From Leptospirales bacterium (GTDB lineage: Bacteria; Spirochaetota; Leptospiria; Turneriellales; JAOUFE01), in contig JBEQLE010000045.1 in assembly GCA_040326155.1 (NCBI GenBank), forward strand, positions 1 through 34,298: a stretch of 34,298 nt of DNA, read 5' to 3'. The position numbers and the translations under genes are program-made. Positions 1 to 7,443 of the stretch are shown here, piece after piece. Position 1 is the stretch's first letter. Each line of letters begins with the position of its first letter. The notes under the pieces are model-generated. The model did no database searches, had not been told where the DNA came from, and was given only the letters and a program-made list of their open reading frames with translations.

Positions 1-1
1 G

Positions 2-86
2 GGGTTCGCTCGCTGGTCGGTGCGACTTCTGACGACCGAAGCGACCCGAAGAGGAATCACCCCGAAGGTGAGTAGGGAGCGAATCC
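2..86. repeat. GC-rich multibranched palindromic (REP/MITE-like) element abutting the IS630 remnant
   Basis: Outer arms GGGTTCGCTC (2-11) / GAGCGAATCC (77-86). Inner hairpins GGTCG..CGACC and TCACC-ccgaa-GGTGA. May be cut by the window edge. Confidence 0.5.
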
Positions 87-299
87 GACTCGTCCTGCAC
101 CAGCACGGCATCAAGCCGTGGCGGGAAAAAAATGTGGTGCATCCCAAAGGAACTCTCAGCTGAATACATAAAAAGAATGGAAGACATCCTGGACCTTTAT
201 GCAAAACCCCTGAACCCCAAAGAGCCTGTTATTTGCCTGGATGAAAAGCCCATTCAATTACACGGCGAAGTCCGAGAACCAATACAAGCAAAATCAGGG
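83..299 (+). pseudogene. IS630-family transposase fragment spanning the frameshift site
   Basis: The frame from 83 reads IRLVLHQHGIKPWREK. After the A7 run (126-132), the ORF from 132 reads MWCIPKELSAEYIKRMEDILDLYAKP..PVICLDEKPIQL, typical of IS630 including the first catalytic D. Similarity is lost after AKSG. Confidence 0.85.
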
Positions 300-378
300 A
301 GTTTAATTGGTGCTCGCATGGTGACTCTGGCGGAATGAAAACGTCAGATAAAATCGCCACGTTTACTTTAATAAAAAT

Positions 379-408
379 TTGACAACTTGCAACTAGTTTG
401 ATTACTCT
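379..408 (+). promoter_or_regulatory. sigma70-like promoter of the 404-aa gene
   Basis: TTGACA 379-384, 18-bp spacer, TACTCT 403-408. Confidence 0.45.
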
Positions 409-419
409 ATCACCATATT

Positions 420-1634
420 ATGAAAAACTTTGAATATGAATCTAATATGCAAGAATGGTTGAGTAAAGAGTTTCACGACAATAATTGTTTAGGTGATTTA
501 ATAATAAATCATGAATATTTGACACAATACACTACTGACTCAAATCAGAAAAAAAGGATTTTAGAAAGTTATAAAAACTCCATCAAGTCCCTCTACATAA
601 ATGAAGTAATCAGTGAAAACAAAAATATTTCATTGAATTCAAGGGAAATTTTAAAACCTGATTTCTTATTATATGCACTTGAAACAGAAAGTATTGTAAT
701 TGTTGAACTGAAAAATATTGAAAACTCAACCCGTGAAGCAGGTACTGAGATCGGTGCGTATTCTAGTGAGATAAAAAGTTATATTCCATTTATTTCAGAT
801 GGCGATATTGTCAATGTTATCATTTCAGAATATTGGCCCACGTTGTTAAGACATTATATCTTTCATGAAATATTTTGGTTGCGGAAAAATATCATATGTT
901 TGCAACCTACGACCGAGGAACCGGAACAAATGTTAAAAATGGTTGATATTGATATAATCGCAACCGATGATTTACTTTTGAAAATAAGCGATCAACATTT
1001 AGGAGGTTATTGTATATGCCTTTATGATATGGATTTATACAAAAATCCTGCAAACAAAACAAAATTTGATCCGTATATTCGCCAAATGCAAGCAGCAACA
1101 TTATCTATGTCAAAAATTGGGAATTTGCATAATAATCACGGTTTTGCATTTTTATGGAAAGATCATTCAAAAAATAGTCTCGCACCCTATATTATAACAG
1201 TTGTTAACTTTGCCCCATTTCGGACATTAGAGCGATTTTTACACACAAAAGATTATTCACCTAATGAATTGAGCGAGAAATTGATAGAACTGGTACAAGA
1301 ATATAATCCAACAGGTCATGGACAATCCTTGGAAAACATTAGTGCCCATGGTGAAAAATTTCTAAAACATTTTTGCACACCGCGATGTGAAGAATTTCAT
1401 TTGTGGAGTGAACTCAAAAAAATTATGAACAATCGGGCCGAATACATTTCTTTTTATGGCTGGGGTTTGTTTGATGAATTATACACAAAAAAATTAGCTG
1501 AGGTAATGCAAAATGGAAATACTACCATCAGCTTTTCAGATCCTGATTTGGGTTGGGAAATAATCAATGAACTGATTGATGATAAATATTATTATTTTGA
1601 TCTCATGTATTATAATATGAAAGAGGAAGATTGA
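420..1634 (+). CDS. hypothetical protein with N-terminal PD-(D/E)XK nuclease-like domain
   Basis: 404-aa ORF. Motif series E.NMQEWL ... KPDFLL ... IVIVELK ... E.G.EI..Y resembles NucS-C/restriction-endonuclease folds. C-terminal region unrecognised. Confidence 0.6.
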   Translation: MKNFEYESNMQEWLSKEFHDNNCLGDLIINHEYLTQYTTDSNQKKRILESYKNSIKSLYINEVISENKNISLNSREILKPDFLLYALETESIVIVELKNIENSTREAGTEIGAYSSEIKSYIPFISDGDIVNVIISEYWPTLLRHYIFHEIFWLRKNIICLQPTTEEPEQMLKMVDIDIIATDDLLLKISDQHLGGYCICLYDMDLYKNPANKTKFDPYIRQMQAATLSMSKIGNLHNNHGFAFLWKDHSKNSLAPYIITVVNFAPFRTLERFLHTKDYSPNELSEKLIELVQEYNPTGHGQSLENISAHGEKFLKHFCTPRCEEFHLWSELKKIMNNRAEYISFYGWGLFDELYTKKLAEVMQNGNTTISFSDPDLGWEIINELIDDKYYYFDLMYYNMKEED

Positions 1635-1676
1635 AAATATTTACTATTCTGGTGAGTTGGAAGATCCCCAAATTCT

Positions 1677-1854
1677 GTCGAGTAGCCCGCAGGAGCTTCG
1701 AACGTACCACTAGCGGAAGCAAGCAGAGCGACGTGATGCCTGAGTTTGCGAACGAAACTTCGTCCTTACGCACCAAAACTGGTTTACTCCCGAACAGATA
1801 AGGGAGTATGAAGATCTTTCACCTTCCGGGTAAATCACACTCTTCTTGGCATAC
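1677..1854 (-). mobile_element. putative internally deleted group II intron remnant (5'-end-like plus domain VI/3' end)
   Basis: The minus strand starts GTATGCCAAG..GAAGGTGAAAGATCTTC (alternative GTGCG start at 1773) and ends GAAGCTCCTGCGGGCTACTCGAC. No domain V or RT ORF. Confidence 0.5.
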
Positions 1855-1979
1855 CGTGGTTTGAGCATCATAAAAAATTAATTGACATTCCAAATAAATT
1901 ATATGGAATTTTGTATAATATGGTAATCTCTGTTAAGTTCAGGGTAACTATATATTAAAATGTTAGCTTCCAGGGTTCA

Positions 1980-2366
1980 ATGAAGAAATTTCTTAAAAAA
2001 GCCGCAAGTATCATAGTTCTACTTATGCTTGCAGTGGGAGTTCTATTTCTGTATTTGAATAGAGATCAGAAATTAGACTTTGCTTCTATTTTGCCTCAGG
2101 AAATAGAACACTGTGGAAATACACTAGGCCCGGAACATACAGAATATGTAGAATTAAGAGTATGGTTCGAATCCAATCAGGGCGGTTGGACAAATACACC
2201 GGCTACATATGTACCAGGTAGTACATATACGGGTTCAACGATCTCTGTAAATGTTTTAGAAAATGGGGTAATCGTTAACTATAAGGCTAAACATAATGGC
2301 TGGTATCAAGTAAAAAGATTGAAAAAATCCAATGAATTATCAAATACATGCAAAAAAAACGAATAA
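1980..2366 (+). CDS. hypothetical membrane-anchored/exported protein
   Basis: 128-aa ORF with basic N-terminus and one hydrophobic segment (IIVLLMLAVGVLFLYL). Confidence 0.75.
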   Translation: MKKFLKKAASIIVLLMLAVGVLFLYLNRDQKLDFASILPQEIEHCGNTLGPEHTEYVELRVWFESNQGGWTNTPATYVPGSTYTGSTISVNVLENGVIVNYKAKHNGWYQVKRLKKSNELSNTCKKNE

Positions 2367-2395
2367 GAAACTTAGGTAATTTGTAGCCATCCCCT

Positions 2396-2488
2396 GCGAG
2401 GCGGTTCCGAGGATCCCTCGCTCATCTTCCAAACAGTAACGTGCGGGAAAGACTAACATACTTTCATAAACTTCTTTCGTCGCACGTT
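2396..2488. repeat. two intergenic inverted repeats (possible terminator or element remnant)
   Basis: GCGAGG(2396-2401)..CCTCGC(2416-2421), and AACGTGCGGGAAAGA(2438-2452)..TCTTTCGTCGCACGTT(2473-2488). Confidence 0.45.
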
Positions 2489-2507
2489 CTTGATACACAA
2501 TAATTTA

Positions 2508-2544
2508 TTGACAGTTCGTTATTTGTAACATATTTTGTATTACA
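2508..2544 (+). promoter_or_regulatory. TA operon promoter with overlapping RHH-type operator
   Basis: TTGACA 2508-2513, 17 bp, TATTTT 2531-2536. TGTAACA and TGTATTACA motifs flank the -10. ATG at 2544. Confidence 0.6.
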
Positions 2545-2792
2545 TGACTACCGTGCGACTCAACAAAGAACTTGAAGATCAAATAGATGCTATCGCTCAG
2601 AATGAGCATATTACAAAATCTGATGTAATTAAGAAAGCTCTTGAAAACTATTGTACTACCTTTTATTCTGAAAAGACTCCATACGAAATTGGGAAAGAAC
2701 TTTTTGGTCGCCAGGGTAGCGGCCGTAAAAACGGCTCTACAAACTATAAAAACATTATTAACAAAATTATACATGAAAAACGCAATCATTGA
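2544..2792 (+). CDS. CopG/ribbon-helix-helix antitoxin (VapB-like)
   Basis: MTTVRLNKELEDQIDAIAQNEHITKSDVIKKAL fits the RHH pattern. Overlaps the start of the PIN toxin. Confidence 0.85.
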   Translation: MTTVRLNKELEDQIDAIAQNEHITKSDVIKKALENYCTTFYSEKTPYEIGKELFGRQGSGRKNGSTNYKNIINKIIHEKRNH

Positions 2793-3192
2793 TACAGGCC
2801 CAATTGTAGCTCTCTTTGACAAAGATGACAAGTTTCATAAAAATGCCATAACCTTTTTCAAAAGCTTTCATGACAGATTAATAACTACCTGGCCCGTTAT
2901 TACAGAAGTATCATATATGTTAAATTTTAATATTGATGTACAATGTGCTTTTTTTGAATGGGTAAGGTTGCACGGCATCTCTATTTATGAAATTAGCCCA
3001 AATCAAGTTCAATAAATTATTTATCTGATGAAACGGTACTCTCATGTTCCAATGGATTTAGCTGATGCATCTATATTACTATTATCTGAAGAAAAGAAAA
3101 TTACCGATATAATAACATTTGATTCTGATTACTACATCTATAAATTGGAAAAGAAAAAATCTTTTAACAATTTGATGAGCGGACATTACTGA
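2773..3192 (+). pseudogene. vapC: PIN-domain (VapC-like) toxin with in-frame TAA at 3013-3015
   Basis: MKNAIIDTGPIVAL..TTWPVITE before the stop. The same frame continues IIYLMKRYSHVPMDLADAS..IITFDSDYYIY to TGA 3190-3192 (139 codons). Confidence 0.85.
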
Positions 3193-3338
3193 AATCACGA
3201 ACTTAGTATAACAAAATTTATTTATTCAGACACTGCTGCGCGCCTTCTTGTTCCGCACCTTATTATACTTCAAAATGATCCTTTCATTTAAAGAGACATT
3301 CGATCAATTATTTTTTTCGTAGATGCCCAACCGCTTTT

Positions 3339-3403
3339 TGTTCGATACCGTACATATACACTTGACAACCAACATCCCTTTGATATATGTACGCAAACGT
3401 ACA
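3339..3403 (+). promoter_or_regulatory. promoter flanked by two TetR-type palindromic operators
   Basis: TGTTCG-atac-CGTACA (3339-3354) and TGTACG-caaa-CGTACA (3388-3403) surround TTGACA 3362-3367 and TGnTATATG 3381-3389. RBS AAGGAG precedes ATG 3418. Confidence 0.7.
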
Positions 3404-3417
3404 ATAAAGGAGTTACT

Positions 3418-3795
3418 ATGAATTTTAAAAAAACTGCGGGGATAATTATTATGATACTGGGAGCATTGCATTTAATGGCACATGCACTTGGACCAAAGTC
3501 TGAATCGGATTATGTAATAATTCAAAAAATGCAAGAACATGGAATTAACTTTCTAGGCGAACACACTTTATGGGGCTTTTACACTGCCTTTTCCTTGTCT
3601 ATGGGAATTCTTTACATGTTTGCAGGTTCTTTGATCATTCTTTCAAAAGATAAATTTGCTTTACTAAGTTGCCTTGTTTTCTTATCAATACTAAGTCTAG
3701 TAGCAATATTATACGTTCATGCTCTAGCCTATGGTATGCTATTGATTGCACTGTTGTTCATAGTTTTATCTGTGATAAAGAAGGAATATGCCTAA
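3418..3795 (+). CDS. small multi-pass membrane protein (LIC_13387-family-like)
   Basis: 125 aa with about four hydrophobic segments and H..AH and GF..AFSLSMG motifs. Family name is from recall only. Confidence 0.7.
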   Translation: MNFKKTAGIIIMILGALHLMAHALGPKSESDYVIIQKMQEHGINFLGEHTLWGFYTAFSLSMGILYMFAGSLIILSKDKFALLSCLVFLSILSLVAILYVHALAYGMLLIALLFIVLSVIKKEYA

Positions 3796-4351
3796 AACGA
3801 TTTGTTCCAAAGAAGATTGGCTAAAATTGGGCCTCTTGAGGTTTGCCAAAAGTGGTCCAACTGCTCTAATTATTGAAAAGATGGCTTCAACCTTAGGTTG
3901 TGCAAAAACCAGTTTTTACAACTACTTTGGAAATAGAGAAAGGTATATCGATGAAATTATAGAATTTTGGGTGCAATATACGACCCATCATGTGGGAAAA
4001 AAACTGAATGAAATAGAGAGTCCTTTAGAAAAATTGAAGTTTTTAACAGAGTACTTGTTTTCAACCAAAGAAATGGAAAACTTTTATTTTTATTTTCGTG
4101 AATTGGCAAATGAAAATCCCAATTATCGACGTATCTTAGATGAAAATGAGCTTTATCGAATGAATGCTTTGAGTGATATTCTGCAAACTTTAAACCTTAC
4201 GAAAGCCAACTCGTTGATGAAGGCTGAAATATATTACGATTATTTTTTCGGCTGGCATGATAGGAATAAACATTTATCCATTACCCCTGGTATTCTGAGA
4301 AAGCAATTCAAAATCATATCGAATATATTAGGTGTTCCTATAAATTACTAA
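3788..4351 (+). CDS. TetR/AcrR family transcriptional regulator
   Basis: N-terminal HTH: WLKLGLLRFAKSGPTALIIEKMASTLGCAKTSFYNYFGNRE. Confidence 0.92.
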   Translation: MPKTICSKEDWLKLGLLRFAKSGPTALIIEKMASTLGCAKTSFYNYFGNRERYIDEIIEFWVQYTTHHVGKKLNEIESPLEKLKFLTEYLFSTKEMENFYFYFRELANENPNYRRILDENELYRMNALSDILQTLNLTKANSLMKAEIYYDYFFGWHDRNKHLSITPGILRKQFKIISNILGVPINY

Positions 4352-4432
4352 ATTAAACTTCGACGAACAGACTTTCAGCTGCTCGCACCTGCGTGGGGCC
4401 AAATTGAAGCGTTTCACAAGCTCGTTATATAA

Positions 4433-4896
4433 AACGACCAGAACTATTATTTTTATATCGAAAGAGCTGCAATTTCGTACTATTAACACAAAGTTATACT
4501 TGAACATAGTAACCTTATGCATCCCAATGGTTACGGTTCTCTGTTTTTTTATTCTACGTATTAGGTTCAAGATCGCCCTGAAAATATCTTTAATTCATAC
4601 GGTTTTTATAACCCATAAAAGCAGGAGAATTGATTTCCTTTTCTTTTATAGTCCTTGCAATGCACTAAACGCGTTTTACCAGCATGTATCTCAAGTTTAC
4701 ATTCGACTATCGCGCGGGAATTTTATCGCGCATCTAACACGGTTCCTGACTTACCGCAGGATAAAAAGATTATTATTGACTATTTAGTCACATATTATAG
4801 AAAAACCTTATATAATTTATTTGGCCTAATATTGCAATAACCAAGCAGCGGCGTGAATATCAAAAGAAATACAAGCGGGCAAATAGAGGACCGAAC
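4433..4896 (+). pseudogene. possible decayed ORF with multiple stops
   Basis: One frame from 4433 reads protein-like through several stops into the 4655-4840 ORF. A shifted frame ends ..QRREYQKKYKRANRGPN. No family recognised. Confidence 0.25.
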
Positions 4897-4963
4897 AAAC
4901 GCTTCACTCTAACGCTGAGCTCGCACAAAACTTGAGGTTATTTTTGGGCGGGGGTTTAATTTT

Positions 4964-5551
4964 ATGAAATTACGTGCTAAAGCATTTTTCCTGGGTATTA
5001 TGTTAGTATTTACAATACTCTCCTGTTCTACGATACAAACAAGTTTAAAACAGTCAGATATTAAGAGAATGGAATCGCTTACAATTCCTATGCAAGGTTT
5101 TAATATTCAAATTATAGATACTCGACCTGATGTTACTTCTCGCCTTCTTTTTATACCGGTTATTTCATTCCCGGGGCAACATGATAGAATCTCACCCCGC
5201 ATTCCAGACGATTTCAAGGAAAATTTAAATAATGTATTGAAAAACATTGTTGTTCCAGGTGAAAAAAAGTACATATTTATTGTATCAATATTAAAGGCAT
5301 ATCAACAATTCGATGCCTCAACCTTTTATGAGAGAGAATATATTTATATTGAGCTACAAACTGAGTTAATCGACGAAGAAAATAATGTTAGAATTGATAT
5401 TTCAAAAACTGAATACTGGTTAGATTTCCGGTCTATTGATGCATCACATGAACACATTAATGAATTATTTTCAAAAGCTTTAGTACTCACTTTTTCTAAA
5501 ACATTGACTCAATTAAATCCTGCATTCAATGACGAAGTGCAATTTTTTTAG
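4964..5551 (+). CDS. hypothetical lipoprotein
   Basis: 195 aa with signal peptide and spirochaetal-type lipobox FTILS-C. Confidence 0.8.
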   Translation: MKLRAKAFFLGIMLVFTILSCSTIQTSLKQSDIKRMESLTIPMQGFNIQIIDTRPDVTSRLLFIPVISFPGQHDRISPRIPDDFKENLNNVLKNIVVPGEKKYIFIVSILKAYQQFDASTFYEREYIYIELQTELIDEENNVRIDISKTEYWLDFRSIDASHEHINELFSKALVLTFSKTLTQLNPAFNDEVQFF

Positions 5552-5693
5552 CCTCTAAAGGTGTTCGAAAAATAAGTGCAAAAAATTAAAGATCAAAGAC
5601 AACCCCTATATTAAAGGTGTTTCGAAAACAGCGTTTGAGCTTAAACGACGTTGCCGATGTGCAGAGACACTGGTGTCGACAAGAAGGGTAGAT

Positions 5694-5922
5694 CAGGAAC
5701 TTCCCCCGCAAAATTTCACGATACCCGATTCTTATTAATTAATTTCCCGGATACAAATTTATGTATCAAGCTAGAGATGAGCGTTTGATACGGAATTCCT
5801 TCGTCGATCGCTATATTTTGTACCGATTTCCATTCACCTTCTTCAAAGGAGTTTAAAATCTCTTTTTCATGTTTTTTTAATTTAGGTTTCGCTGCCATAA
5901 TCTTCCTCCTTTAAGTAGTCCC
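5694..5922. repeat. direct-repeat copy of 7421-7758 with a 108-bp internal deletion
   Basis: Near-identical alignment. The deletion removes 7549-7656 between TTTTG microhomologies (7544-7548 and 7652-7656). Confidence 0.95.
5716..5898 (-). pseudogene. internally deleted duplicate of the BrnA/CopG-like antitoxin
   Basis: 60 aa, equal to the 96-aa ORF 7444-7734 minus 36 aa in frame, with 3 substitutions. Only the last few toxin codons remain upstream. Confidence 0.85.
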
Positions 5923-5950
5923 GCTTAGATTCCCCATACAAAATATTTCA

Positions 5951-5980
5951 TTGACAAAATGTTGATAACTGTCGTAGCAT
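5951..5980 (+). promoter_or_regulatory. sigma70-like promoter, likely leaderless start at ATG 5988
   Basis: TTGACA 5951-5956, 18 bp, TAGCAT 5975-5980. No SD before ATG 5988. Confidence 0.5.
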
Positions 5981-7304
5981 GAGCTATATGAAAAAAAATA
6001 TAATTCAGATATTTTTCATTTTATTTGTCTCAATGCAGATTTCTTCAATTGAAAAGAAAGAGATTAAAAAAGAAATTGAAAAAAAACTAATTTATTCATT
6101 ACAAAATGGTGAACAAATAGGAACTTTTACAAATCGATGGGATTCTAGTAATATTATTTTAAATGATCAAGTCGTTTTATCTATTGATCGTGATGAAGAA
6201 GGTTACAAACAATCTCGATTTATTCTTATTAATGGAAAAGAATATGGGCCATATGTAGATACATTTGTAGTACAATTTACTAACAATGGAAAAGAATGGA
6301 ATTTTATCGCACTAAAACAAAGGGGATATTTTGTTATTTTCAGTGATGGCAAAGAACTTGGACCATATGAATATGCAAATTATTTTAGCATTAGCCCGGA
6401 TGGTAGAAATTGGGCTTTTATCGCTAGAAAATTAGATGGTCAATATTATGTTATTTTTAAAAATGAAAAAGAATACGGTCCTTATATGGATGCAAGACCT
6501 GTAACATTTAGTTTAAATAATGATGCATGGGCTTTTAACGCGTTGAAACCAGATGGTAAATATTATGCTATATTCAATGATGGTAAAGAGTATGGACCAT
6601 ATAAAAGTTCACATTATTTCGCGTTTAGTCTAGACAGCAAAAAGTGGGCTTTTAGCGCTGAAAAATTAGATGGAAAATATTATGTTATTTTTAATGATAG
6701 CAAAGAATATGGACCATATGAAAGTCAAATATTTGTTCAATTTTATAGAAAAAGTAATAAGTGGTTTTTTTGGGCTAAAAAATTAGGTGGAAACTATTCT
6801 ATTATCTTCAATGATGGCAAAGAATACGGGCCGTATAAAAAGAAAGGATATCTAAGTCTTAGACTAGGCGGCAAACAGTGGGCTTTTATCGCGGAAAAAC
6901 TAGATGGAAAATCTTATGTTATTTTCAATGATGGCAAAGAATATGGACCGTATAAAAGTATAATGGATCTTAAATTCAATAAATATAATAAACAGTGGGT
7001 TTTTTTTGCTGAAAAATTAGGTAAAAAATATGACTATTATTTTATTTTCAATGATGGCAAAGAATATGGGGTGTTTCAACACTGGAGTTTTCAGGTTATT
7101 TTCAGCGATAATAGTAAAGATTGGGCAATTTTTAAATATTACAGAAATGATGACAATTATTTTAGTATTATCTTCAGTGATGGTTATAGATCTAATAGTA
7201 TTTCTTCATTAAAATTTTCAAACGACAAAGGAAAAAATAAATTTTTCTATTGGCTATTAGAAGAAAATCGAAAAATCTATTTAATGAAAAAATGGATTGA
7301 TTAA
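5979..7304 (+). CDS. exported tandem-repeat (beta-propeller-like) protein; likely start 5988
   Basis: Signal peptide MKKNIIQIFFILFVSMQISS. Eight ~39-aa repeats of the form NDGKEYGPY..F...K.WAF.A.KLDGKYYVIF. Confidence 0.85.
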   Translation: MSYMKKNIIQIFFILFVSMQISSIEKKEIKKEIEKKLIYSLQNGEQIGTFTNRWDSSNIILNDQVVLSIDRDEEGYKQSRFILINGKEYGPYVDTFVVQFTNNGKEWNFIALKQRGYFVIFSDGKELGPYEYANYFSISPDGRNWAFIARKLDGQYYVIFKNEKEYGPYMDARPVTFSLNNDAWAFNALKPDGKYYAIFNDGKEYGPYKSSHYFAFSLDSKKWAFSAEKLDGKYYVIFNDSKEYGPYESQIFVQFYRKSNKWFFWAKKLGGNYSIIFNDGKEYGPYKKKGYLSLRLGGKQWAFIAEKLDGKSYVIFNDGKEYGPYKSIMDLKFNKYNKQWVFFAEKLGKKYDYYFIFNDGKEYGVFQHWSFQVIFSDNSKDWAIFKYYRNDDNYFSIIFSDGYRSNSISSLKFSNDKGKNKFFYWLLEENRKIYLMKKWID

Positions 7305-7407
7305 AAGTTCAAGCTGAAATAATCTATAAAGGTTTCTATGTCTACAATATAAACAATGGCTGATTGAGGCATATGAGAAACACCAATTAGCTATTTTATG
7401 TTTTGCT

Positions 7408-7440
7408 GTCGAGTAGCTCGCAGGAACTTCCCCCCGCAAA
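7408..7440 (-). mobile_element. group II intron 3'-end (domain VI-like) remnant
   Basis: Minus strand TTTGCGGGGGGAAGTTCCTGCGAGCTACTCGAC. 7406-7430 is 23/25 identical to 1675-1699. Confidence 0.55.
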
Positions 7441-7443
7441 ATT

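Noticed and set aside
1..102. tRNA 3' half (GGGGTTCG..AATCC..GCACCA) interrupted in the T-loop
   Set aside because: Spacing from T-loop to CCA is 2 nt too long, and 83-130 is better explained as IS630 coding sequence.
1882..1919. TTGACA..TATAAT promoter for the 1980 gene
   Set aside because: The 26-bp spacing is incompatible with a single sigma70 promoter.
2641..2772. TTG-start N-terminal extension of the PIN ORF
   Set aside because: It overlaps the antitoxin. The PIN motif begins at ATG 2773.
3013..3015. Stop-codon reassignment or readthrough
   Set aside because: TAA terminates many conserved genes in this window, so a point nonsense change is simpler.
4328..4787. ORFs 4328-4570 (-) and 4404-4787 (+)
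   Set aside because: No recognisable domain or RBS. They look like shadow frames over decayed DNA.
6237..7080. CRISPR array or DGR template/variable repeats
   Set aside because: The repeats are in-frame 117-bp coding units differing at synonymous and non-adenine positions. No cas or RT gene is present.
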